Part shown: one piece after another, positions 16,560 through 25,402 of the stretch
Numbering within the stretch: position 1 is the first letter of the stretch
Layout of the letters: every line of letters begins with the position of its first letter
DNA from: an uncultured Clostridia bacterium
GTDB lineage: Bacteria; UBA6262; WVXT01; CAYYAU01
NCBI GenBank assembly: GCA_964469765.1
Contig: CAYYAU010000001.1
Span: 1-30,334, forward strand
Length of the DNA: 30,334 bases
Direction: 5' to 3'
Translations under genes and position numbers: made by a program
The notes under the pieces: model-generated
What the model was told of the DNA's origin: nothing
What the model saw: the letters and a program-made list of their open reading frames with translations, nothing else
The model's database searches: none

Positions 16560-17657
16560 ATGAGATACATAGATGAGTATAACAATAAAAGGATTATAAA
16601 TGGTTTAATAGACAACATTCATCAAAAACTAAAAGGATATAGTAAAAAGATTGTCTTAATGGAGGTATGTGGAACTCATACAATGTCTATTTTTAGGTCA
16701 GGACTAAAAGAGCTTCTTCCGAGAAGGATAGAACTTCTTTCTGGTCCTGGTTGTCCTGTATGTGTTACACCTAACCATTATATTGATAAAGCGATAGCTT
16801 ATTCAAGAGTAAAGGATACAGTGATAACCACATTTGGAGATATGATGAGGGTGCCTGGTTCTGTCTCTACGTTAGAAAAGGAAAAGGCTAAAGGAGCAAA
16901 TGTGGTTGTTGTCTATTCACCTTTAGATGCTTTAACAATAGCTAAACTAAACCCAAATAAAAAAGTAGTCTTTTTAGGCATAGGATTTGAGACAACAGCT
17001 CCTTTAGTTGCCTCTACGATTGAGACTGCCAAAAAGAGTAATGTAAGGAATTTTTTTGTCTTATCTGGTCATAAGTTAATACCTCCAGCTATAGGGGCTT
17101 TAGTTAATAGTGGCGAGGTGATAATTGATGGTTTTATCTGTCCTGGTCATGTAAGTGCAATAATTGGAAGTAAGCCGTATAGATTTATTGCTGAAAAGTA
17201 TAATATTCCCTGCGTTATTACTGGATTTGAGCCTTTGGATATAGCCGAAGGTATTTATATGTTAGTAAAACAGATTGTAGAGCATCAAAAAGCAGATGTC
17301 CAGATACAGTATACTCGTATAGTAAAGAAAAAAGGGAATATAAAAGCATTAAGGGTAATGAATAAAGTTTTTAAAATAGAGGATTCTCAATGGCGAGGTA
17401 TTGGCTATATTTTGGCAAGTGGATTAAAACTCAGTAAGCCTTATCAACATTTTGATGCTGAAAGGAATTTTAAAGTAAATCTGCCAGAAAGTAAAGAACA
17501 TAAAGGATGTATCTGCTCAGAGATACTTCGTGGTGTTAAGACACCATTGGATTGTAAACTATTTAAGAAAAGATGTGTCCCTGAAAATCCATTAGGAGCA
17601 TGTATGGTCTCTTCTGAAGGCACCTGTAGTGCTTACTATAAATATAATAGAGAGTAG
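16560..17657 (+). CDS. hypD: Hydrogenase maturation protein HypD
   Basis: MEVCGTHT, GPGCPVCV, GFETT, PGHVS and C-terminal Cys cluster ending GACMVSSEGTC. Confidence 0.97.
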   Translation: MRYIDEYNNKRIINGLIDNIHQKLKGYSKKIVLMEVCGTHTMSIFRSGLKELLPRRIELLSGPGCPVCVTPNHYIDKAIAYSRVKDTVITTFGDMMRVPGSVSTLEKEKAKGANVVVVYSPLDALTIAKLNPNKKVVFLGIGFETTAPLVASTIETAKKSNVRNFFVLSGHKLIPPAIGALVNSGEVIIDGFICPGHVSAIIGSKPYRFIAEKYNIPCVITGFEPLDIAEGIYMLVKQIVEHQKADVQIQYTRIVKKKGNIKALRVMNKVFKIEDSQWRGIGYILASGLKLSKPYQHFDAERNFKVNLPESKEHKGCICSEILRGVKTPLDCKLFKKRCVPENPLGACMVSSEGTCSAYYKYNRE

Positions 17658-17662
17658 TAAGT

Positions 17663-18685
17663 ATGAAAGAACAAGAAAGAGTAACATTAGCATATGGAAG
17701 TGGCGGTAAGTTAATGCATCAGTTGGTTAATGATTTGTTTAAGAAAAAATTCAGTAATAAAATATTAGATGAGTTAACCGATTCAGCATTAATTGAAAAA
17801 TCATCTTCAAATGATTTTGTTTTTTGTTTTACAACAGATTCCTACACAGTAAGTCCACTATTTTTCCCAGGTGGAGATATTGGGAAGCTTTCAATCTGTG
17901 GAACAATTAATGACTTAGCAGTTATGGGAGCAAAGCCTCTTTATATCTCAACAGGGTTTATAATTGAAGAGGGTCTTGAATATAGGATTCTTGAGAGAAT
18001 AACCAGTTCAATGAAGAAAGTTATAGAAAAAGAGAAAGTAAAAATTGTTACCGGCGATATAAAAGTTGTTGAAAAAGGAAATGCAGATAAACTTTTTATA
18101 AACACATCTGGGATTGGAATAAGAAATAAAAAATTTAGTATCTCAAGAAAATCAATAAAACCTGGTGATAAAGTGATAATCAATGGATGTATCGGTGAAC
18201 ATGAGATTTCAGTTTTATCTGCAAGAGAAGGTTTTGATTTTAAAACAAAGATAGTCAGTGACTGTGCGTCTTTATGGGACTTAGTTATAAATATGTTAGA
18301 GGTCTGTCCACATATAAGGTTTATGCGTGACCCAACTCGAGGGGGAGTGGGTACTACACTAAATGAGATTGTAGATGGTATGGATTTTGGTATTTTAATT
18401 AAGGAAGACTTTCTTCCTATAAAGAAAGAGGTAAAAGGTATATGTGAAGTTTTAGGATTTGACCCACTTTATCTTGCAAACGAAGGAAAAATGGTTGCAA
18501 TAGTATCTAAAGATAATGCTGAGAGAGTTCTTAAACAGATGAGGAGAAATCCTTTAGGAAAGGATAGTTGTATCATCGGTGAAATAGTAAAATCTCCAAA
18601 AGGTAGGGTTATATTAGAAACCCATATAGGTGCGCACCGCATCGTTGATATGTTAACAGGTCAACAGTTACCAAGAATTTGCTGA
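17663..18685 (+). CDS. hypE: Carbamoyl dehydratase HypE
   Basis: GSGGKL, TTDSY, GTINDLAVMGA, MRDPTRGG and C-terminal PRIC. Confidence 0.97.
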   Translation: MKEQERVTLAYGSGGKLMHQLVNDLFKKKFSNKILDELTDSALIEKSSSNDFVFCFTTDSYTVSPLFFPGGDIGKLSICGTINDLAVMGAKPLYISTGFIIEEGLEYRILERITSSMKKVIEKEKVKIVTGDIKVVEKGNADKLFINTSGIGIRNKKFSISRKSIKPGDKVIINGCIGEHEISVLSAREGFDFKTKIVSDCASLWDLVINMLEVCPHIRFMRDPTRGGVGTTLNEIVDGMDFGILIKEDFLPIKKEVKGICEVLGFDPLYLANEGKMVAIVSKDNAERVLKQMRRNPLGKDSCIIGEIVKSPKGRVILETHIGAHRIVDMLTGQQLPRIC

Positions 18686-18700
18686 CAGAAAGAAAAGATT

Positions 18701-19726
18701 ATGAGTAAAATTGAATGTTCAAAACTGAATAACTTAAATGATGGAGAGATTTTGAACTTACGGTTGTGTGATTTAGAGTTAGAAATCGCACATACAGAAC
18801 TTCAAGGATATATTAACCAGTTATATAAAGAGCTAAAAGAAAAAGGGTTGAGTTTTTTCCCGGAGTGTTATTTTGCTGATGAATGGTTATGTCCTGATGG
18901 TGAGCCTGTTATAGGAATTCCTTTTTATCTTGCTCATTTTCGCCTTAAAAAGCTTGAAGAGAAATTTATGGGTGAAGTTGAAGGAGATACAAAAAGTTCT
19001 TGTATGGCTCTTTTAAGACACGAGACAGGTCATGCATACAACTATGCATATCTTTTACATAGAAGAAAGAAGTGGCGCCAGTTGTTTGGTCCTTTTTCTG
19101 CTGATTATCCTGAAAGGTATAGGTTTAGACCGTATAGTAAGAGTTTTGTTAGGCATTTAGATGACTATTATGCTCAGTATCATCCTGATGAGGATTTTGC
19201 TGAGACATTTGCTGTTTGGTTAGATCCTAACTCCAACTGGAAAGAAAAATATAAAGGATGGAAAGCATTAGAGAAGCTTGAGTATATTGATAAGTTGATG
19301 AATGAGATTAAAGGAAAACAACCTCTAATAAAAAAAGGAAAGAAATACTGGGCAATAAACAAATCAAAACTGAGATTATCAAATTACTATAAAAGAAAAA
19401 GAGAATTCTATTCTGAAGATTATCCTGATTTTCATGACCCACAACTTAAAAAGATATTTTCATCAATAGAAAAGTCAGAATCAAAAGTGGATGCCGCCAG
19501 TTTTATTAAAAAATATAGAAAACAATTATTAGACACTGTCTCATTCTGGACAAAAGAAAAGAAGTACGTTGTAAAAAGAATATTAAAGGATTTAAGTAAA
19601 AGAAGTAGTCAGTTGAATTTATATATATCTGGTAGCGAGATTGATACTATCTCCAAAATTACTACATATATTACTTCATTAATTATGACTTATATCTACA
19701 CAGGAAGATTCAAAAAAAGAAGATGA
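18701..19726 (+). CDS. Putative zinc-binding metallopeptidase (HExxH, Peptidase_Mx-like)
   Basis: RHETGHAYNY zinc motif and downstream YAQYHPDEDFAETFAVWL. No signal peptide evident. Confidence 0.75.
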   Translation: MSKIECSKLNNLNDGEILNLRLCDLELEIAHTELQGYINQLYKELKEKGLSFFPECYFADEWLCPDGEPVIGIPFYLAHFRLKKLEEKFMGEVEGDTKSSCMALLRHETGHAYNYAYLLHRRKKWRQLFGPFSADYPERYRFRPYSKSFVRHLDDYYAQYHPDEDFAETFAVWLDPNSNWKEKYKGWKALEKLEYIDKLMNEIKGKQPLIKKGKKYWAINKSKLRLSNYYKRKREFYSEDYPDFHDPQLKKIFSSIEKSESKVDAASFIKKYRKQLLDTVSFWTKEKKYVVKRILKDLSKRSSQLNLYISGSEIDTISKITTYITSLIMTYIYTGRFKKRR

Positions 19727-20742
19727 AAAAAGTATTAAAGGTTTTAGTTTTATTTGATAGTGCAGGTCCTCCGCCTGCAGACCAGAATTTTACTGAGCAG
19801 TTAAAAACAAAAGAGTGGAGCACCGAGGCTTCTGTTATAAATGCATTAAAAAAGTTGGGGCATAAGATTAAACTCTTAGGCGTATATGATGATTTAAGTT
19901 TAATTGTGAATGAGATAAAGTCTAACCAATATGATGTGGTTTTTAATCTAACAGAGGTGTTTTTAGGCAAGGCTTATTTTGATAAAAATGTTGTTTCAAT
20001 TCTGGAGATGCTAAAGATTCCTTTTACAGGCTCAGGTTCTGTAGCTCTTATGCTTTGTAATAATAAAGCTGTTAGTAAGAAAATATTAACTTTCCATAAA
20101 ATAAAGGTTCCTCACTTCCAAGTTTTCTATAGAGGAAAGAAAGTATGGAAACTAAAAAAACTGAAGTATCCTTTAATAATGAAACCTCTCACAGAAGAAG
20201 CATCAACAGGAATATCTCAAGCATCGTTTATTGATAATGATAGTAATTTTCAAGAAAGAATAAGATTTATACATGAACATCTCAAAATGGATGCAATAGC
20301 GGAAGAGTATATAGAAGGTAGAGAATTATATGTCAGTATTTTAGGAAATAAAAGGTTGAAGATGTTACCTTTAAGAGAGATGAAGTTTGGGCACATTCCA
20401 GATGATGAGCCCAAAATTGCTACATTTAAAGCAAAGTGGGATGAGAAATACAGGACAAGGTGGGGAATTAAGAATGATTTTGCTGAGGACATTTCAGAGC
20501 CAATAAAGGAGAAGATTTTTAATATCTGCAAGAAAGCATTTAAGGTATTATATTTACAGGGTTATGGGAGGTTTGATATAAGACTTACCAGAGACAGTGA
20601 GGTTTTTATTTTAGAAGCAAATGCGAATCCCTCTTTAGCACCCGATGATGAGGTTGCAATGGCATCTAAAAAGATGGGTATCTCTTACGAACAACTCACC
20701 GATACTTTAATAAGATACGCATTTACAAAAAAGGATTATTAA
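19723..20742 (+). CDS. ATP-grasp ligase, D-Ala-D-Ala ligase-like but non-canonical
   Basis: IPFTGS, NKAVSKKIL, MKPLTEEASTGI, EEYIEGRELYV, GYGRFDIRL and LEANANP. ATGA overlap with the peptidase stop. Confidence 0.8.
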   Translation: MKKVLKVLVLFDSAGPPPADQNFTEQLKTKEWSTEASVINALKKLGHKIKLLGVYDDLSLIVNEIKSNQYDVVFNLTEVFLGKAYFDKNVVSILEMLKIPFTGSGSVALMLCNNKAVSKKILTFHKIKVPHFQVFYRGKKVWKLKKLKYPLIMKPLTEEASTGISQASFIDNDSNFQERIRFIHEHLKMDAIAEEYIEGRELYVSILGNKRLKMLPLREMKFGHIPDDEPKIATFKAKWDEKYRTRWGIKNDFAEDISEPIKEKIFNICKKAFKVLYLQGYGRFDIRLTRDSEVFILEANANPSLAPDDEVAMASKKMGISYEQLTDTLIRYAFTKKDY

Positions 20743-20761
20743 CTTAATCTTCCCTTTTTTT
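20727..20761 (+). terminator. Possible weak intrinsic terminator after the ATP-grasp gene
   Basis: AAAAAAGG...CCTTTTTT with inner GATTA/TAATC pairing and a T-run. The stem is AT-rich and weak. Confidence 0.25.
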
Positions 20762-20785
20762 ATCTATGTATATTAAAAAATCCTC

Positions 20786-20814
20786 TTGATTTAAGAAGAA
20801 TAAATATATATAAT
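20786..20814 (+). promoter_or_regulatory. Sigma70-type promoter upstream of PEPCK
   Basis: TTGATT (20786-20791), 17-bp spacer, TATAAT (20809-20814), in the largest intergenic gap of the window. Confidence 0.65.
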
Positions 20815-20847
20815 ACCTTTAAATATTAAAAAAATTATATTAAAAAA

Positions 20848-22731
20848 ATGAAAAAAGAGAAATCTTTAAGGCTTTTGAAAGAAAAATGTGTTTCTGGTAG
20901 CTTTGAGAAACTTATGGATTTGAATAATCCAGCAGTTATTGATTTTGTTTTGAATACTGCTGTTCTCTGCAATCCAGACTCTATTTTTGTTAGAAGTGAT
21001 TCTAAAGAGGATGCAGAGTATATCAGAAATAGAGCAATACTGCTTGGAGAAGAGAAGAAACTTGCTACTGAAGGACACACTGTCCATTTTGATGGGTTTT
21101 ATGACCAAGCAAGGGATAAACAAAACACTTTGTATCTTTTACCTCAAGGACAAACATTGGGTTCTGACATTAAGTCAATAGAAAGAAATAAAGGATTAAA
21201 AGAGATTCATCATCTTTTGAAAGACATTATGCAGGGAAAACAGATGTATGTTTGTTTTTTTTGTTTAGGTCCTCTGGATTCCCCCTTTTCTATTTTAGCC
21301 ATTCAGATAACGGATTCAAGTTATGTGGCTCATAGTGAACACATTTTGATTAGAGATGGATATGAGTTGTTCAACAGACAAAGAAACAAAAATTTCTTTA
21401 GGTTTATTCATAGTGCAGGAGAGCTTGATGAAAACAATGTAAGTAAGAATGTAGATAAAAGAAGAATTTATATTGACCTTGAAGAGGACATTGTTTACAG
21501 TGTAAACACTCAATACGCAGGGAATACAATAGGACTAAAGAAGTTAGCTATGAGGCTTGCTATAAAGAAGGCTTCTAATGAAGGATGGCTTACAGAGCAT
21601 ATGTTCATAATGGGTGTTAAAGGAAAGAATAACAGAGTAACATATTTTTCAGGTTCTTTTCCGAGCGCTTGTGGTAAAACATCAACTTGTATGTTAGAGG
21701 GAGAAACCATAATAGGAGATGACATTGCTTATTTAAGAAAGATAGATGGTATAATAAAAGCTGTGAATGTAGAAAGAGGAATATTTGGGATTATAAGAGA
21801 TGTTAATTCAAAGAATGACCCTATTATATATGAAGCACTAACTAAACCTGGAGAGGTAATATTCTCCAATGTTTTAGTAACTGAAGATAATACGCCTTAC
21901 TGGATAGGAAAAAATGGGGATGTTCCCATAAAAGGGATAAATTATGCTGGTAACTGGCATATTGGGAAAACGGATGATTCGAACGAAGAAATAACTCCTT
22001 CTCATAAGAATGCACGATATACAATCAGATTGAAAGCATTAAAGAATGTGGATTCTCATTATAATGAGCCTTACGGTGTTGAGATTAAAGGTATTATTTA
22101 TGGAGCAAGGGATTCTGATACATCTGTTCCTGTTGAGCAGTCTTTTGATTGGCTCCATGGAGTATTAACAAAAGGTGCTACTATAGAGTCTGAAACAACC
22201 TCAGCAACGCTTGGTAGAGAAGGTGTAAGGAAGTTTAACCTTATGGCAAATCTTGACTTTCTTTCTATTCCTTTAGGAAGATATATAATGAATAATGTGA
22301 AATTTGCTGAAGGCGTAAAGAAGCCCCCTATAATTTTTTCAGTAAATTATTTTCTGAAGGATAAAGATGGAAACTATATAAGTGGAATAAAGGATAAACA
22401 TGTTTGGCTTAAATGGATGGAGTTAAGAATACATAATGATGTAGACGCTATTGAAACACCGACAGGTTATATCCCAAAATATAAGGATTTGGAAGGGTTA
22501 TTTAAGCAGGTTTTAAATAAAGATTATCCATATGAGAAATATATAAAGGAATTCACAATAAGAATTCCTGAAAACCTCGCTAAAATAGAAAGAATTGTCA
22601 AAATTTACAGAAAGGTTCCGGATGCTCCTAAAATTTTATTTGATGCACTTAAACAACAGGAGAAAAGACTAAAAGAAGCAGAGGCTAAATTTGGAGAGTA
22701 TATTCCACCAGAGAAGTTTATAAAAAAGTAA
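20848..22731 (+). CDS. pckG: Phosphoenolpyruvate carboxykinase (GTP)
   Basis: QYAGNTIGLKK, EGWLTEHM, GSFPSACGKTS P-loop, GDDIAY and HKNARYT; 627 aa. Confidence 0.92.
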   Translation: MKKEKSLRLLKEKCVSGSFEKLMDLNNPAVIDFVLNTAVLCNPDSIFVRSDSKEDAEYIRNRAILLGEEKKLATEGHTVHFDGFYDQARDKQNTLYLLPQGQTLGSDIKSIERNKGLKEIHHLLKDIMQGKQMYVCFFCLGPLDSPFSILAIQITDSSYVAHSEHILIRDGYELFNRQRNKNFFRFIHSAGELDENNVSKNVDKRRIYIDLEEDIVYSVNTQYAGNTIGLKKLAMRLAIKKASNEGWLTEHMFIMGVKGKNNRVTYFSGSFPSACGKTSTCMLEGETIIGDDIAYLRKIDGIIKAVNVERGIFGIIRDVNSKNDPIIYEALTKPGEVIFSNVLVTEDNTPYWIGKNGDVPIKGINYAGNWHIGKTDDSNEEITPSHKNARYTIRLKALKNVDSHYNEPYGVEIKGIIYGARDSDTSVPVEQSFDWLHGVLTKGATIESETTSATLGREGVRKFNLMANLDFLSIPLGRYIMNNVKFAEGVKKPPIIFSVNYFLKDKDGNYISGIKDKHVWLKWMELRIHNDVDAIETPTGYIPKYKDLEGLFKQVLNKDYPYEKYIKEFTIRIPENLAKIERIVKIYRKVPDAPKILFDALKQQEKRLKEAEAKFGEYIPPEKFIKK

Positions 22732-22732
22732 A

Positions 22733-23632
22733 ATGGTAACAGAGACTTTACTTTCAACAGTGCTGGATGATATACCTATCTTTAAAAAAGGAAAAGTAAG
22801 AGATATCTATAAAGTAAATGAGCATCTTCTTATTGTTGCAACAGATAGAATTTCAGCTTTTGATGTAGTAATGTCTAAGGGTATTCCTGGAAAGGGGAAG
22901 GTGTTAACCTCCTTGTCTATATTTTGGTTCAATTTTACAAAGGATATAATTAAAAATCATATAGTTCACACAGATTTTGAGAATATATGTTCATTTGATA
23001 AAAAATTAAGGAAATATAGAAATCAACTGGAACAAAGGTGTATGCTTGTTAAGAAAACAGAACCTATACCTATTGAGTGTGTTGTAAGAGGGTATTTAGC
23101 AGGTTCTGCCTGGAAGGAGTATAAAAACAAAGGGTCTATAAGTGGTATAAGGCTTGCTGATGGGTTAAAGGAATCAGAGAAATTATCCTCACCAATCTTC
23201 ACGCCTGCAACAAAAGCAGAAATAGGCCATGATGAAAACATAACAGATAAAAGAGCCAAAGATATCATTGGAAAAGACACATTTGAGTTTATAAAAGAAA
23301 AAAGTATAGCAATTTACAGAAAAGCATCTCAATATGCTCTTTCAAAAGGAATAATTATTGCTGATACAAAGTTTGAGTTTGGAGTTGTGGAAGATGAGAT
23401 TATACTGATTGATGAGATATTAACACCGGACTCCTCCCGATTTTGGCCAAAGGATGTATATGTTGTTGGGAAGTCGCAGCCAAGTTTTGATAAACAGTTT
23501 ATAAGGGATTATTTAGAGAGTATAAGTTGGAATAAAACACCCCCACCTCCAGATTTGCCATATGATATTGTAAAGAAAACTTCAGAAAAGTATCTCCAAG
23601 CTCTTAATATACTTATACCACCGCCTAAATGA
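22733..23632 (+). CDS. purC: Phosphoribosylaminoimidazolesuccinocarboxamide (SAICAR) synthase
   Basis: KGKVRDIY, TDRISAFD, ECVVRGYLAGS, ADTKFEFG, DEILTPDSSRFW and SFDKQFIRDYL. Confidence 0.96.
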   Translation: MVTETLLSTVLDDIPIFKKGKVRDIYKVNEHLLIVATDRISAFDVVMSKGIPGKGKVLTSLSIFWFNFTKDIIKNHIVHTDFENICSFDKKLRKYRNQLEQRCMLVKKTEPIPIECVVRGYLAGSAWKEYKNKGSISGIRLADGLKESEKLSSPIFTPATKAEIGHDENITDKRAKDIIGKDTFEFIKEKSIAIYRKASQYALSKGIIIADTKFEFGVVEDEIILIDEILTPDSSRFWPKDVYVVGKSQPSFDKQFIRDYLESISWNKTPPPPDLPYDIVKKTSEKYLQALNILIPPPK

Positions 23633-24303
23633 AAGAGATAAATATGCAAACAGAGATTTTGAGAATAAATCCTGCCAGCATTGAATTTTCCAAAATAAGG
23701 AGAGTTTCAGAGATAATTAAAAACGGTGGTGTGGTTGCCTTTCCCACAGAAACAGTCTATGGAGTAGCAGCAGATGCATTTAATGAAAAAGCCATAAGGA
23801 GGGTATTTGAAGTAAAAAAAAGACCCTTAGAAAGGCCTCTCCCTATTCAAATTGGGAAAAAAGAAGAAATCTTTAGATTAACAAGGCAGATTTCAAAGGT
23901 TAGTTTAAGGGTTATAGAAGAATTTTTCCCAGGTCCACTTACACTTATTCTCAAAAAATCTAAATATGTTTTGGATATTGTATCTGCAGGAAATGATACA
24001 GTTGCAATTAGAATGCCTGATGACGATATTGCTTTACATATCTTGAGAGAAGTTAATATTCCTCTTGTTGTGCCAAGTGCAAATATATTTTCAAAACCTC
24101 CAGCTGCTACTGCATTAGAGGTGAAGCGGTGTTTTGAAAATAATATTGATATAATTGTTGATGGAGGCAAAACAAAGTTTGGTATTTCATCAACAATCCT
24201 TGATTTAACTGATAAACCTTTCAGAATCTTAAGAATAGGCTGTATTAGTAAAGAAACAATTGAACAAGTGATACACACAGATATTCTTTTAGATGCACAT
24301 TGA
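23629..24303 (+). CDS. tsaC: L-threonylcarbamoyladenylate synthase, YrdC/TsaC domain only
   Basis: VAFPTETVYG, KKRP..RPL, PGPLTLIL, AIRMP, PSAN and STILD. No SUA5 C-terminal domain. An alternative start at 23644 is possible. Confidence 0.9.
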   Translation: MKEINMQTEILRINPASIEFSKIRRVSEIIKNGGVVAFPTETVYGVAADAFNEKAIRRVFEVKKRPLERPLPIQIGKKEEIFRLTRQISKVSLRVIEEFFPGPLTLILKKSKYVLDIVSAGNDTVAIRMPDDDIALHILREVNIPLVVPSANIFSKPPAATALEVKRCFENNIDIIVDGGKTKFGISSTILDLTDKPFRILRIGCISKETIEQVIHTDILLDAH

Positions 24304-24323
24304 TTTATCATCTGTGTGAATCA
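24269..24323. repeat. 14-bp imperfect inverted repeat straddling the tsaC stop codon
   Basis: TGATACACACAGAT (24269-24282) and ATCTGTGTGAATCA (24310-24323): 13/14 complementary, with a 27-nt loop. Confidence 0.75.
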
Positions 24324-24348
24324 ATTTTTTATCTGGACAGAACCAAAG

Positions 24349-25368
24349 ATGAAGACACAGGAATTTGACTATCATTTACCTAAAGAACTCATTGCACAAA
24401 CTCCTATTGAAAGAAGAGATTATTCAAGATTGCTTATTTTAAATCGTAAAGAGCAAAGCATTAAAGAAACAATATTTAAAAATATTGTAGAGCAGTTTAG
24501 CAGCTCAGATGTGTTAGTCCTAAATAATACAGAAGTTATTTTTGGAAAGATTTTTGGTAAAAACGCAGCAGGAAGAAATATTGAGTTTCTATTGTTAAAA
24601 GAAAAACAAAAAGGTGTCTGGGAGGTATTAGCAAAACCATCAAAAAAGGTTAAAGTTGGAGAGAAAATAATATTTGAAGATGGAAGTTATTCTGGAGAAG
24701 TTATAGATAGAACATCATTTGGTGGAAGGGTTATATCATTTTTTCCTAAAGATGTTTATAGGTTAATAGAAAAGTATGGAAGAGTTCCTTTACCGCCTTA
24801 TATAAAGAAGGATATTGAGGACCCCACTCGTTACCAAACAGTATTTGCAAAGAAACAAGGAGCCATTGCTTCACCTACTGCGGGTCTTCATTTTACTGAG
24901 GAGTTACTTTCCAATATAATTAAAAAAGGTGTAAAGGTGGTTTATATTACACTACATACTGGCATTGGTACTTTTAGACCAATAAGGGTTGAAGAGGTTG
25001 AAGAACACAGGTTAGAATCAGAGTATTTTGAGATTTCTGAAGGAACGGCTTACATTATCAATGAAGCAAAAAAATATAAAAGAAGAATAATTGCTTGCGG
25101 AACTACAGTAGTTAGAGCATTAGAGTCGCAATCTAACAGCGATGGATATGTTAAATCTAAAGAAGGGTGGACAGATTTATTCATTTATCCTGGTTTTAAT
25201 TTCAAGGTGGTGAATAATATTATAACAAACTTCCATCTTCCAAAATCTACTTTATATATGCTAGTATGTGCATTTGCAGGAAAGAATTTTGTTAAAAGAG
25301 CCTATGACTATGCTATAGAAAGAAGGTTCAGATTTTACAGTTTTGGGGATGCGATGTTTATCCTTTGA
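24349..25368 (+). CDS. queA: S-adenosylmethionine:tRNA ribosyltransferase-isomerase QueA
   Basis: Likely start is the ATG at 24349 (MKTQEFDYHLPKELIAQTP). Contains VPLPPYI, RYQTVFA, ASPTAGLHFT, GTTVVRALES, TNFHLPKSTL and YRFYSFGDAM-like C-terminus. Confidence 0.96.
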   Translation: MKTQEFDYHLPKELIAQTPIERRDYSRLLILNRKEQSIKETIFKNIVEQFSSSDVLVLNNTEVIFGKIFGKNAAGRNIEFLLLKEKQKGVWEVLAKPSKKVKVGEKIIFEDGSYSGEVIDRTSFGGRVISFFPKDVYRLIEKYGRVPLPPYIKKDIEDPTRYQTVFAKKQGAIASPTAGLHFTEELLSNIIKKGVKVVYITLHTGIGTFRPIRVEEVEEHRLESEYFEISEGTAYIINEAKKYKRRIIACGTTVVRALESQSNSDGYVKSKEGWTDLFIYPGFNFKVVNNIITNFHLPKSTLYMLVCAFAGKNFVKRAYDYAIERRFRFYSFGDAMFIL

Positions 25369-25402
25369 TTCTACATTTTATAAGAATATTGGTTAAGTTT
25401 TG

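Noticed and set aside
19723-20742. Calling this gene ddl
   Set aside because: It lacks the D-Ala subsite motifs and has no cell-wall gene context.
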